Shown here piece after piece: positions 1 to 11,120 of a stretch of 64,000 nt of DNA. Each line of letters starts with the position of its first letter. Position 1 is the stretch's first letter. The notes under the pieces are model-generated. The model was not told the origin of the DNA. It saw nothing but the letters and a program-made list of their open reading frames with translations, and searched no databases. The stretch is taken from positions 11,312,550 through 11,376,549 of the forward strand of contig NC_090404.1 of NCBI RefSeq assembly GCF_036365525.1, read 5' to 3'. The position numbers and the translations under genes are program-made. Source of the DNA: Heterodontus francisci (Eukaryota).

Positions 1-542
1 CATCCTCCCTCACTGAACACCAACTTGTTCACACAGAAAGGAGACCTTTCAAGTGTTGTGACTGTGAGGAGACATATAAAAATCAAAATGAGCTGCTGCT
101 ACACCAACGTACTCACGCTGGGCAGAGGCCATTCACCTGCTCCGTGTGTGGGAAAGGATTTAATCGGTCATACCATCTTCTGCGACACCAGCGAGTTCAC
201 ACTAGGGAGAGGCCTTTCACCTGCTCTGTGTGTGGGAAGGGATTTGCTCAGTCATCCTCCCTCACTGAACACCAACTTGTTCACACAGAAAGGAGACCTT
301 TTAAATGTAGTGACTGTGAGATGAGTTTTAAAAGGAAAAATGACCTACTGCTGCACCAACATACTCACACTGGGGAGAGGCCATTCACCTGCTCCGTGTG
401 TGGGAAAGGATTTACTCGCTCATCCTGCGTTCTGAGACACCAGTGGGTTCACACTGGGGAGAAGCCTTTCACCTGCTCTGTGTGTGGGATGGGGTTTGCT
501 AATTCAAGCAACCTACTGAGACACCAGCAAGTTCACAAGTAA
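1..542 (+). CDS. C2H2 zinc-finger protein, 3' part (runs off the window start); older paralog of the genes at 22455 and 49232
   Basis: Frame is open from position 3 to TAA at 540-542, with tandem CxxC..HxxxH fingers and TGERPF-type linkers. The C-terminus (GMGFANSSNLLRHQQVHK*) and 3' flank align with 23480-23640. Confidence 0.9.
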   Translation, partial: SSLTEHQLVHTERRPFKCCDCEETYKNQNELLLHQRTHAGQRPFTCSVCGKGFNRSYHLLRHQRVHTRERPFTCSVCGKGFAQSSSLTEHQLVHTERRPFKCSDCEMSFKRKNDLLLHQHTHTGERPFTCSVCGKGFTRSSCVLRHQWVHTGEKPFTCSVCGMGFANSSNLLRHQQVHK

Positions 543-639
543 TGGCAGGGATTAGATTCTGTTGTTGCTGTTGTGAATCATATCCAGAACTGAATCCTGA
601 CTGGAAATCTGTTTCCAGTTTAGTTTCCACAGGGCTCAA

Positions 640-1065
640 CAAGCTGCCGCTTGCTTTTCCTCGTATGTATCAATAATTAGACTCAAATGATTAAAAAGTT
701 TGCAGATGATACAAAAATTGGTCGTGTGGTTAATAATGAGGACGAAAGCTGTAGACTGCAGGAAGATATCAATGGACTGGTCAGGTAGGCAGAAAACTGG
801 CAAATGGAATTCAACCGAGAGAATTGTCATATATTGCATTTAGGGAGGGAAATAAGGCAAGGGAAACACGGTGAATGGTGGGATCCTGCAAAATGTAGAG
901 TAACAGAAGGACCTTGGAGTACACATCCACAGATACCTGAATGTAGCAGGACAGGTAGATAAGGTGGTCAAGAAGGCATATGGGATACTTTTGTTTTTTA
1001 GCCAAGGCCTGGAGTATAAGAGCCGGGAGATTATGCTGGAACTGTATAAAACACCAGTTAGATAC
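640..1065 (+). mobile_element. Decayed CR1-type LINE ORF2 fragment
   Basis: KFADDTKIG...LQEDI...WQMEFN...DLGV...KKAYG motifs, broken by stops and frameshifts; homologous to the long CR1 at 27683. Confidence 0.85.
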
Positions 1066-1319
1066 TTTATCATATAATTGCAGTCAGTGTTCAGTTAATC
1101 AGATCTAGGGGAGAATGTTAACTAACAAGTGATAGTGACAATAAAAGATTCTGAATTATTTAGTAAATTATAATCCAATATATATAGATAACAAGAGTTA
1201 AGTAAAACATTTAAGTTAACTCTATATAAAATAGAGTGACATTAACATGAAGGAAGCAAATGACCAGTGACTAGCAGATTAATCTTAATTTCTTTATATC
1301 TTCAGTGTATTCCAGCGAA

Positions 1320-3589
1320 TTTATTCTTTGGCCTCCTTATCTCGACAGACAATGGGTAAGCGCCTGGAGGTGGTCAGTGGTGTGTGGAGCAGCGCCTGGA
1401 TTGGCTGTAAAGGCCAATTCTAGAGTGACAGGCTCTTCCACAGATGCTGCAAAAAAATTTGTTTGTCGGGGCAATTACACAGTTAGCTCTCCCCTTGCGC
1501 CTCTGTCTTTTTTCCTGCCAACTGCGAAGTCTCTTTGACTCGCCACACTTTAGTCCCGCCTTTATGGCTGACCGCCAGCTCTGGTGAACGCTGACAACTG
1601 ACGCCCACGACTTGTGATCAATGTCACAGGATTTCATGTCGCGTTTGCAGGCGTCTTTAAAGTGGAGACAATGATGGCCGGTGGGTCTGATACCAGTGGC
1701 GAGCTCGCTGTACAATGTGTCTTTGGGGATCCTGCCATCTTCCATGCGGCTCACATCGTCAAGCCATCTCAAGCGCCACTGACTCAGTAGTGTGTACAAG
1801 CTGGGGATGTTGGCAGCCTCGAGGACTTCTGTGTTGGAGATACGGTCCTGCCACCTGATGCCAAGTATTCTCCGGAGGCAGCGAATATGGAATGAATTGA
1901 GACGTTGCTCTTGGCTGACATACGTTGTCCAGGCCTCGCTGCCATAGAGCAAGGTACTGAAGACACAGGCTTGATACACTTGGACTTTTGTGTTCTGTGT
2001 CAGTACGCCATTTTCCCACACTCTCTTGGCCAGTCTTGACATAGCAGTGGAAGCCTTTCCCATGTGCTTGTTGATTTCTGCATCTAGAGACAGGTTACTG
2101 GTGATTGTTGAGCCGAGGTAGGTGAACTCTTGAACCACTTCCAGAGCGTGGTCGCCAATATTGATGGATGGAGCATTTCTGACGTCCTGTCCCATGATGT
2201 TCATTTTCTTGAGGCTAATGGTTAGGCCAAATTCATTGCAGGCAGCCGCAAACCTGTCGATGAGACTCTGCAGGCACTCGTCAGTGTGAGATGCTAAAGC
2301 AGCATCGTCAGCAAAGTTCCCTGATGAGGACTTTCCGTACATTAGACTTCGCTCTTCGATGGGCAAGGTTGAACAACCTGCCCCCTGATCTTGTGTGGAA
2401 GAAAATTCCTTCTTCAGTGGACTTGAACGCATGTGAATGCAGCAGGGAGAAGAAAATCCCAAAACGTGTGGGTGCGAGAACACAGCCCTGTTTCACGCCC
2501 CTCAGGATAGGAAATGGGTCTGATGAGGAGCCACCATGTTGAATTGTGCCTTTCATATTGTCATGGAATGAGGTGATGATACTTAGTAGCTTTAGTGGGC
2601 ATCCAATCTTTTCTAGTAGTCTGAAGAGACCACGTCTGCTGACAAGGTCAAAGGCTTTGGTGAGATCAATGAAAGCAATGTAGAGGGGCATCTGTTGTTC
2701 GCGGCATTTCTCCTGTATCTGATGAAGGGAGAGCAGCATGTCAACAGTCGATCTCTCTGCACGAAAGCCACACTGTGCCTCAGGGTAGACGCACTCGGCC
2801 AGCTTCTGGAGCCTGTTTAGAGCGACTCGAGCAAAGACTTTACCCACTATGCTGAGCAGGGAGATTCCACGGTAGTTGTTGCAGTCACTGCGGTCACCTT
2901 TGTTTTTATAGAGGGTGATGATATTGGCATCGCGCATGTCCTGAGGTACTGCTCCCTCGTCCCAGCACAGGCATAGCAGTTCATGCAGTGCTGAGAGTAT
3001 AGCAGGCTTGGCACTCTTGATTATTTCAGGGGTAATGCTGTCCTTCCCACTGGCGTTTCCACTGGCTAGAGAATCAATGGCATCACTGAGTTCCGATTTT
3101 GTTGGCTGTATGTCCAGCTCATCCATGTATGGTAGAGGCTGGGCTGCTTTGAGGGCAGTCTCTGTGACAACATTCTCCCTGGAGTACAGTTTTAGGTAGT
3201 CCCCTGATTTAGATTTGAGGGGGGCGATCTTCTTGATGGTTGGCCCAAGAGCTCTCTTAATGCCATCATACATTCCTCTAATTTTCCGGTGTCTGAGGCC
3301 AGCTGAATATGACTGCATCGGTGCTGCCAGTAGTCATTTGCGCAGCACCTGGCTGTTCTTTGTGCAGTGCTTCTGGCTGCTTTAAGTGCTATGGATGTTA
3401 ACTCATCTATAAATCAGCTTTGACCACCTATGGCAAAAGTGTGAAGAGAAATGCAGACTGGATTCAATCTCATAATGATGAGCTGGAACCTGTCATAGCC
3501 ACGAAGCGCATTGCACTGTTGAACTACAAGAAACCCCCAGTGAGTTAACATCCGTAGCAATTAAAGCAGCCAGAAGCACTGCACAAAGA
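1320..3589 (-). mobile_element. RTE-clade LINE, 5'-truncated, with a 5' inversion and target-site duplication
   Basis: ORFs 2308-3318 and 1374-2483 give an RT (YRGISLLS, GVKQGCVLAP, FADDAAL, FTYLGS) and a C-terminal C-x2-C knuckle-like tail typical of RTE. TSD ccagcgaa at 1312-1319 and 3590-3597; the empty site is present in the paralog at ~24630. Confidence 0.9.
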
Positions 3590-3683
3590 CCAGCGAAGTT
3601 AATTAATACTCTAATAAATAAAGGCATGGCAGAGCATCTCAGTCCAGTGGAGGGAACATCCTGTTCCATGTGGCAATACAATG

Positions 3684-6660
3684 TGAGGTGGTGGTATTGT
3701 GATAATGTCACTAGCCAAATGACCCAGGCTAATAATCTGGGGGCATGGATTCAAATCCCATGGCAGATGATATAGTTTGAATTCAATTGATGAATTTGGA
3801 ATTTTAAAAAGCCAGTCTAGTCGTGATCTTGAAACCACAGTCAATTGCTGTTGATTGAACTCATTTGGTTCACTAATGCCCTTTAGGAAAGGAAATCTGC
3901 CAGCCTTATCTGGTTTGGCCTACATATGACTCCTAAACCCACAGCAATGTGGTTGACTCTTAAATTACCTGGCAAGCCACACAGTTAGAGTCATACAGCA
4001 CTGAAACAGGCCCTTCAGCCCACTAAGTCTGTGCCGACAATCAACCACCCATTTACACTAATCCTACATTAAATCCATGTCCCCTACCACATCCCACCTT
4101 CCCTCAATTCTCCTACCACCTACGTACACTAGGGGCAATTTACAATGGCCAATTTACCTAGCAACCTGTAAGTCTTTGGCTGTGGGAGAACACCGGAGCA
4201 CCCACGTGGTGACACAGGGAGAACTTGCAAACTCCGCACGGACAGTACCCCAGAACCAAATCCGCATCGCTGGAGCTGTGAGGCTGTGGTGCTAACCACT
4301 GTGCCGCCCCAAGGCAACTAAGTTGAAGAAAAGGGATGAAACCAGACTGACCTTCTGGCATCGACTGAGGCACCGGAAATGAAAACAACAAAACCAGCCC
4401 TGTTGACCCTGCAAAGGCCTCCTTACTAACAGCTGGACGCTTGTACCAAATTTGGGAGAACTGTACAACAGAGAAATGGCCTGACACAGTCATACTCACG
4501 GAATCAAAAACTTACAGGCAATGTCCTTGACTCCATTATCGCCATCCTGGACATGTCCTCTCCCAGCGGCAGGACAGACCCAGCAGAAGTGGCAGCACAG
4601 TGGTATACAGTTCAGAGGGAATTGCCCTGGAAGTCTTCAATTCCAGACCCCATGAAGTCTCATGGCATCTAGTCAAAGGAAACCTCCTGCTGATTACCAC
4701 CTACCTCCCCTCAAACCCCCACCCTCCTCAGCAGATTAATAAGTACTCCTCCATGTTGAATACTAATTGGAAGAAGCAATGAGGGTGGTAAGTGTATAAA
4801 ATACTCTGGGGTTTCAATTTCCATCGCCAACAGTGGCTCGGTAGCACGACCTCTGACCGAGCTGGCTAAAAAACATAGCTGCTAGACTGGGTATGTGGCC
4901 GGTGGTGAGGGAACCAACAAGAGGGAAAATCATTGTTGACCTCGTCCTCACCAATCTGCCTGCTGCAGATGCGTCTGTCCATGACAGTATTGGTAGGAGT
5001 AACCATCACACAGTACTTGTGGAGACAAATTTACATCTTCACATTGAGGATACCCTTCATCATGTTGTGTGGCACTACTACCATATAAAATTGCATAGAT
5101 TTCAAACAGATCTAGCAATTCAATAAGGTGCTGTGGGCCATTAGCAGCAGAATTGTACTTAACCACAATCTGTAACCTCATTCTGCACTCTAACATTATC
5201 ATCAAGTGGACCAACCCTGGTTCAATGAAGAGTGCAGAAGGGCATGCCAGGAGCAGCACCAGGCATACCTCAAAATGTGTAGTCAACTTGGTGAAGCGAC
5301 AACACAGGACAATTGACATGCTAAACGGTGTAAGCAGTGTGCAATAAACAGGGCTGAGTGATCCCACAACCAACGGATTAGAGCTAAGATTTGCAGTCCT
5401 GTCACATTCAGTCGTGAATGGTGGTGGACAATTAAACTTCAGACAGGAGGAGGTGGCTCCACAAATATCCCCATCCTCAATGATGGCAGTGCCCAGCACA
5501 TCAGTGCAAAAGACTGGGCAGAAGCATTTACAACAATCTTCAGCCAGAAGTCCCGAGTGGAATATCCATCTTGACCTCCTCCTGAGATCCCCAGCATCAC
5601 AGAAGCCAGTCTTCAACCAATCTGATTCACTCCATGTGATATCAAGATATGACTGAAGGCACTGGATGCTACAAAGGCAATGGGCCTTGACAATATTCCG
5701 GCAATAGTACTGAAGACCTTTGCTCCAGAACTTGCTGCGCCCCTAGCCAAGCTGTTCCAGTACAGCTACAACACTGGCGTCTACCCTGCAATGTGGAAAA
5801 TTGCCTGGGTACGTCCTGTACACAAAAAGCAGGACAAATCCAACCCGGCCAATTACCGCCCCATCAGCCTACTCACAATCATCAGTAAAGTGATGGAAGG
5901 GGTCATTGACAGTGCTATCAAGCGGCACTTGCTTAGCAATAACCTGCTCAGTGATGCTCAATTTGGGTTCCGTCAGGGCCACTCAGCTCCTGACCTCATT
6001 ACAGCCTTGGTTCAAACATGGACAAAAGAGCTGAGGTGAGAGTGAGTGCCCTTGACATCAAAGCAGCATTTGACTGAGTATGGCATCAAGGAGCCCTAGC
6101 AAAACTGGAATCAATGGGAATCAGGAGCAAAACTCTCCCCTAGTGGGAGTCATACGTAGCGCAAAGGAAGATGGTTGTTGGAGGTCAATCATCTGAGCTC
6201 CAGGACATCACTGCAGGAGTTCCTCAGGGTGGTGTCCAAGGCCCAACCATCTTCAGCTGCTTCATGAATAACCTTCCTTCAATCATAAGGTCAGAAGTGG
6301 GGATGTTCACTGATGATTGCACAATATTCAGCACCATTCACAACTCCTCAGATACTGAAGAAGTCCGTGTAGAAATGCAGCAAAACCTGGACAACATCCA
6401 GGCTTGGGCTGATAAGTGGCAAGTTACATTCACGCCACACAAGTGCCAAGCTATAACCATCTCCAACAAGAGAGAATCTAATCATCTCCCCTTGACATTC
6501 AATGACATTCCTATCATTGAATCCCCCACTATCACAATCTGGCAGATCACCATTGTCGAGAAACTGAACTCACTACCACCTTCTCAAGGGCAATTAGGAA
6601 TGGGAAAGAAATGCAGGGCTAGCCATTGACGCCCACTTCCCATGAACTAATAAAAAAAAA
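3684..6660 (+). mobile_element. Decayed CR1/L2-group LINE (endonuclease + RT) with a tRNA-like 5' head and A-rich tail
   Basis: PTRGK..DLVLTN (endonuclease), NYRPISLL, QFGFRQG, GVPQG, FTDDCT motifs; ends ...cccatgaactaataaaaaaaaa; B-box-like ggattcaaatccc near 3747. Confidence 0.8.
3987..4310 (-). mobile_element. HE1/V-SINE-type tRNA-derived SINE nested in the LINE
   Basis: Reverse complement reads gggcggcacagtggttagcacc...ggagtttgcaagttctccc...gggtgctccgg; same family as the copies at 23793 and 34202. Confidence 0.85.
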
Positions 6661-6764
6661 TATGTGAGATGTGTTGTCAGCTGGTGTAGCAAGAAGGAAA
6701 GGATAATAGTTGAGAGGTGTTTTTGGACTGGAAGGCTGTTTCTAGTGCGTCCCATGTGGCTCAG

Positions 6765-6945
6765 ATGGAGAGAGACAGGAGCACGGTGGGAGCGGAGGGA
6801 GAGGGGGGAGCACGTTGGGAATGGAGAGAGAGGTACAGGGCAGGAGCGGAGAGAGAGAGGAGCAGGGCGGGAGTGGCGACAGAGAGAAGAGCATGGTGGG
6901 AGTGAAGAGAGCGAGAAAGCACGGCGGGAGTGGAGGAGAGGAGGA
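6765..6945. repeat. GA-rich satellite (short version)
   Basis: Imperfect repeats of gagagaggagcacggcgggagtg. Confidence 0.8.
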
Positions 6946-7942
6946 AGTTTGATCTCGAACTGATCTGAGACACGGTTTAATCACTAACTGACCTGAGAGA
7001 CAGTTTCATTTCTAATTGTCCTGCGAGACTGTTTGATCTCTAATTGACCTGAGAGACAGTTTGATCTCTAATTGATTTGCGAGATAGTTTGGTCTCTAAT
7101 TGACCTGAGAGACAGTTTAATTTCTAATTGACCTGAGAGACAGTTTGATCTCTAATTGATTGGAGAGACAGTTTGATCTCTAATTGATTTGCGAGATAGT
7201 TTGATCTCTAATTGAGCTGAGACACAGTTTAATTTCTAATTGACCTGAGAGACAGTTTGATCTCTAATTGATTGGAGAGACAGTTTGATCTCTAATTGTC
7301 CTGAGACACAGTTTGATCTCTAATTGACCTGAGAGACAGTTTGATCTCTAATTGATCTGAGAGACCGTTTGATCTCTAATTGTCCTGAGAGACAGTTTGA
7401 TCTCTAATTGATCTGAGAGACAGTTTGATCTCTAATTGATCTGAGAGACAGTTTGATCTCCAATTGTCCTGAGAGACAGTTACATCTCGAATTTTCCTGA
7501 GAGACAGTTTGATCTCTAATTGTCCTGAGAGACAGTGTGATCTCTAATTGATCTGAGAGACAGTTTGATCTCTAATTGTCCTCAGAGACTGTTTGATCAC
7601 TAATTGATCTGAGAGACAGTTTGATCTCTAATTGCCCTGATAGACAGTTTGATCTCTAATTGTCCTGAGAGACAGTTTGATCTCAAATTGATCTGAGAGA
7701 CAGTTTGATCTCTATTTGTCCTGAGAGATAGTTTAATCTCTAATTGATCTGAGAGACAGCTTGATCTCTAATTGTCCTGAGAGATAGTTTAATCTGTAAT
7801 TGACCTGAGAGACAGTTTAATCTCGAATTGATCTGAGAGACAGTTTGATCTCTAATTGATCTGTGGGACAGTTTGATCTCTAATTGACCTGAGACACAGT
7901 TTGATCTCTAATTGATCTGAGGGACAGTTTGATCTCTAATAG
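6946..7942. repeat. 28-bp minisatellite, about 35 copies
   Basis: Head-to-tail unit gacctgagagacagtttgatctctaatt with no spacers. Confidence 0.95.
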
Positions 7943-8203
7943 AACTGTACAACAGTTTTCCTTTTACTTGATGGATGTCCTTTCAAAGTAACAAAGACAG
8001 TGTTGAACGTAGATGAAAATTATCCGGTTATTTCACTCACTGTCACTAATCAGACTGAGGTGGTTGACGGGTTTGGGGGCGTGGGGTGGAGGTGAGGGTG
8101 CGGCGGGCGTCGGTTTGCTTTAACCTTCCGTTGGGAGCACCGAGGAGAAGATTTCCTCTGGTCTCTCTGTATTAGCAATATCCCAAACTGAAAGGGAAAT
8201 GTA

Positions 8204-8985
8204 ATTTCCCAGGGTGGAAGAGTCAGTTACTAGGGGACATAGGTTTAAGGTGAGAGGGGCAACGTTTACCTGGTATGGAGGGCGCTAGCTATGAAGAGAG
8301 GTTGAGCAGATTAGGATTATTTTCATTAGAAAGACGGAGGTTGAGGGGGGACCTGATTGAGGTGTACAAAATCATGAGAGGTATAGACAGGGTGGATAGC
8401 AAGAGGCTTTTTCCCAGAGTGGGGGTTTCAATTACTAGAGGACACGAGTTCAAAGTGAACGGGGAAAAGTTTAGGGGGGATATGCGTGGAAAGTTCTTTA
8501 CGCAGAGGGTGGTGGGCACCTGGAACGCATTGCCAGCGGAGGTGGTAGATGCGGGCACGATGGAGTCTTTTAAGATGTATCTAGACAGGTACATGAATGG
8601 GCAGGAAGAAAAGAGATACAGAACCTGAGAAAATAGGCGACATGTTTAGAGAGAGGATCTGGATCGGCGCAGGCTTGGAGGGCCGAAGGGCCTGTTCCTG
8701 TGCTGTAATTATCTTTGTTCTTTGTTTAGAGGGGATGTGCGAGGCAAGTTCTTTACTCAGAAGGTGGTGAGTGCCTGGAACTTGCTGCGGGGGGAGGCAG
8801 TGGAAGCAGGTACAACAGCGACCTTTAAGAGGCATCTTGACAAATGCATTAATAGGATGGGAATAGAGGGATATGGGTCCCAGAAGAGCAGAAGGTTTTT
8901 GTTTGGGCAGGCATCAAGATCGGCGCAGGCTTGGAAGGCCTAAGGGTCTCTTCCTGTGCTGTACTTTTCTTTGTTCTTTGTTCTA
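8204..8985 (+). mobile_element. CR1 3' end with a second CR1 3' fragment (about 8265-8724) nested inside
   Basis: ORF 8275-8628 (YEERLSRLGLFSLERRRLRGDLIEVYK) interrupts ggggcaa-gttta-gaggggatg, which is uninterrupted at 35500-35520; (ttctttg)n tails. Confidence 0.85.
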
Positions 8986-9068
8986 ACACTCTCCTGTAAT
9001 AAATACTGACACTCCTCTTTTCTCCCCACTCTGCCCACTGCTCCATTCACCTTGTCACATTGAGGCAG

Positions 9069-9107
9069 TGTTTTTGTACGAGGCTCCTTCTGGTTCCTGT
9101 CACTGTG
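9069..9107 (-). other. 23-bp-spacer recombination signal sequence (RSS) of V1
   Basis: CACAGTG (9107-9101) + 23 bp + ACAAAAACA (9077-9069). Confidence 0.95.
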
Positions 9108-9608
9108 TCTCTCAGCCCACAGTAATACATCGCGCTGTCAGACAGCCGCAGGTCGCGGATGGTAAAATTCCCCTCTCTTTTCGAAGTGTCGAGAGATGCA
9201 GAAAATCGAGCCTCCACACTCTCTGCTCTGTAGTTGGGGATGTCGATGAGGAATGTGGGGCCTTTATCCCGGTCCTGACGGTACAGTTGTAAGGAATAGG
9301 AAGTAGCAGTGGTCGAATAGCTGTAATTAATGGTCAGCGAGTCTCCTTCAAACTGCATCACTGTAACCGGCCCCTGTGAGACCGAGTCTGCACCACTAAC
9401 ACCTGCAGAAATTTAGAAATACAGAACTTTAAGGTTCTGTTATCATTTAAATTCTAAGTATAATCATAAGGCAACTGAATACATTTTAAATCGAAATCGC
9501 AATTAAAAGGCGAATGATGCCTGAAAGAGGAAGATTGTGTAACTTGTAAACTTTACCCGTTAAGAGAGCTGCAGCTGTGAGGAACGAATACAAAGCAACA
9601 AGCAACAT
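9108..9608 (-). CDS. TCR alpha/delta-like V gene segment V1, copy 1: open frame but lacks Cys23 and Trp41
   Basis: Leader exon 9608-9557 (MLLVALYSFLTAAALLT G|gtaaag), GT-AG intron, V exon 9402-9108: GVSGADSVSQGPVTVMQFEGDSLTINYSYSTTATSYSLQLYRQ...DLRLSDSAMYYCGLRD. Followed by a 23-RSS. Confidence 0.85.
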
Positions 9609-9692
9609 GTTTGCAGAGAGTTGATGGCGGATTTGAACAGAACTGGTGGAATCTGAAATTGTTTCAGTCAAGAGTTGGGAAGACGTTCATTC

Positions 9693-9825
9693 ACTTCCGG
9701 TCTCTCTACCGATTGGTTCATTCCTGAAACAGTCAATAGATGACGGCCAATCAGTTCAAGATCTTTTGTTCTCAAAGTTATCCAATCAGCTCACGGGTTC
9801 TTTGCTCTCCAATTTCATGACGTCA
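9693..9825 (-). promoter_or_regulatory. Candidate V1 promoter: ETS site, four CCAAT boxes and a palindromic CRE
   Basis: acttccgg 9693-9700; ATTGG/CCAAT at 9712, 9747, 9782 and 9809; TGACGTCA at 9818-9825, 210 bp upstream of the ATG. Confidence 0.65.
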
Positions 9826-10053
9826 GAGCGGGAAGCGGAAAATGAGTGAAATTGTTCCCCTGACAATAGGGAACTGGACGAGAATTAAACTCAGTGTTGG
9901 CCTTTAACAGTTTTGGTCAGTCTGTGACTGACACAGCATCTGCAATACACAAATGTGTCATTCGGCCAAACTGGTCTTTCATTTGGTTCCCGTCCAACTA
10001 TCTGTTAACAATGCAGGTCCCAGATATGATTCAGTGTGAGTAGGTCCTTTTAT

Positions 10054-10526
10054 GGTTTTAGTATGGACTGATTGCCCCTCTGGAACAGTGTGGGGTTCAG
10101 TGCAAAGTGCTGCACGGCAGAGTCAGAAACAAGTGCCTGGCAACTTTTAACGGAACATTTTTCTTTCCTTTTACCAAAACTGCAGAGAATCGATCCGGGA
10201 AATCGTGCGACATCTTCCTGCCCCATGCTGTATTTCCTCAGTAAATATCTCGGAGCTTCAGCGGGATACTAGATGTACCAGAAGAGGTAGGGAGTGTTCC
10301 TTGATGTGGAGTAACTGCAGTTCACTATTGTAGTCGGTCCTTCTTGAACGGTTAATTCAGGTGCAGTCTGGGACACGAAGTCTCTTCCATTCGTTCCTGG
10401 AGCATAAACACACAAGGTGTCAAAGTTTTATGAGTAATTATAACCCATGGAACACACACTGACCAGTTAATGACAGACTCACCGGGCAGCAAGACTATTA
10501 TTATCACTAAGGAACATGGAGAGCAT
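10054..10526 (-). pseudogene. TCR alpha-like V pseudogene V2 with 23-RSS
   Basis: Frameshifted leader (..LVIIIVLLP G|gtgagt). Exon 10396-10093 reads GTNGRDFVSQTAPELTVQEGPTTIVNCSYSTSRNTPYLFWYI*YPAEAPRYLL..., with frameshifts and YYC decayed to QHF. RSS CACACTG-23-ACTAAAACC at 10092-10054. Confidence 0.9.
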
Positions 10527-10759
10527 CCGGTGTCTGGTTTAGAGTCCAACGGAAAATAACATTATACTATAATTGTGTTGAACTTTCGAGTCTGATATTG
10601 GAGAATAAACTCAGATAATGGGGAGAGTTCATTTGACAGGATTGGCTGCTCTCTCAGAACTGACAATAGATGTGCGCCAAACAGTGTGAGCTGTGGTCCA
10701 GTTACTCATGTCTCCCAACAAAACAAACCCTATCCTTGCCAAGCTGTGTGAGTGAGTCT

Positions 10760-11120
10760 TTCCCTCTTTCTTTCTCTTTCTCTCTCTCTCTCTCTCGTTC
10801 TTTTTCTCTTTCTCTCTCTTTGGTTCGATGGCTCGGCGTCACTCAATATGTTTAACTCGGCCTCTGTTGCTCTTTGCCTCTCGATGTGCGTGTCCCTCTG
10901 ACTATCTGTGTGTTTGTGTGTGAGTGTGTATTTGTGTGTGTGTCCAGTTCTCACTCACTTTGTTTAACTCGGCGTCTTTCTGTCTCCATCTCTCTCTCCG
11001 TGTCTCACTTTATATGTCTCTCTTTTCAACTCGGCCTCACTCTGTCTGTTCAGCTCGCTGCCTCTCTCAATCCCCCTTTCTCTCTCACACGCTCTCTGTA
11101 TCTCCCCTCTCTCCCTCAGT
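10760..11120. repeat. (CT)n/(GT)n low-complexity tract
   Basis: Dinucleotide runs. Confidence 0.8.

Noticed and set aside
6946-7942. 28-bp repeat array as a CRISPR array
   Set aside because: Units are head-to-tail with no unique spacers; vertebrate context and no cas genes.
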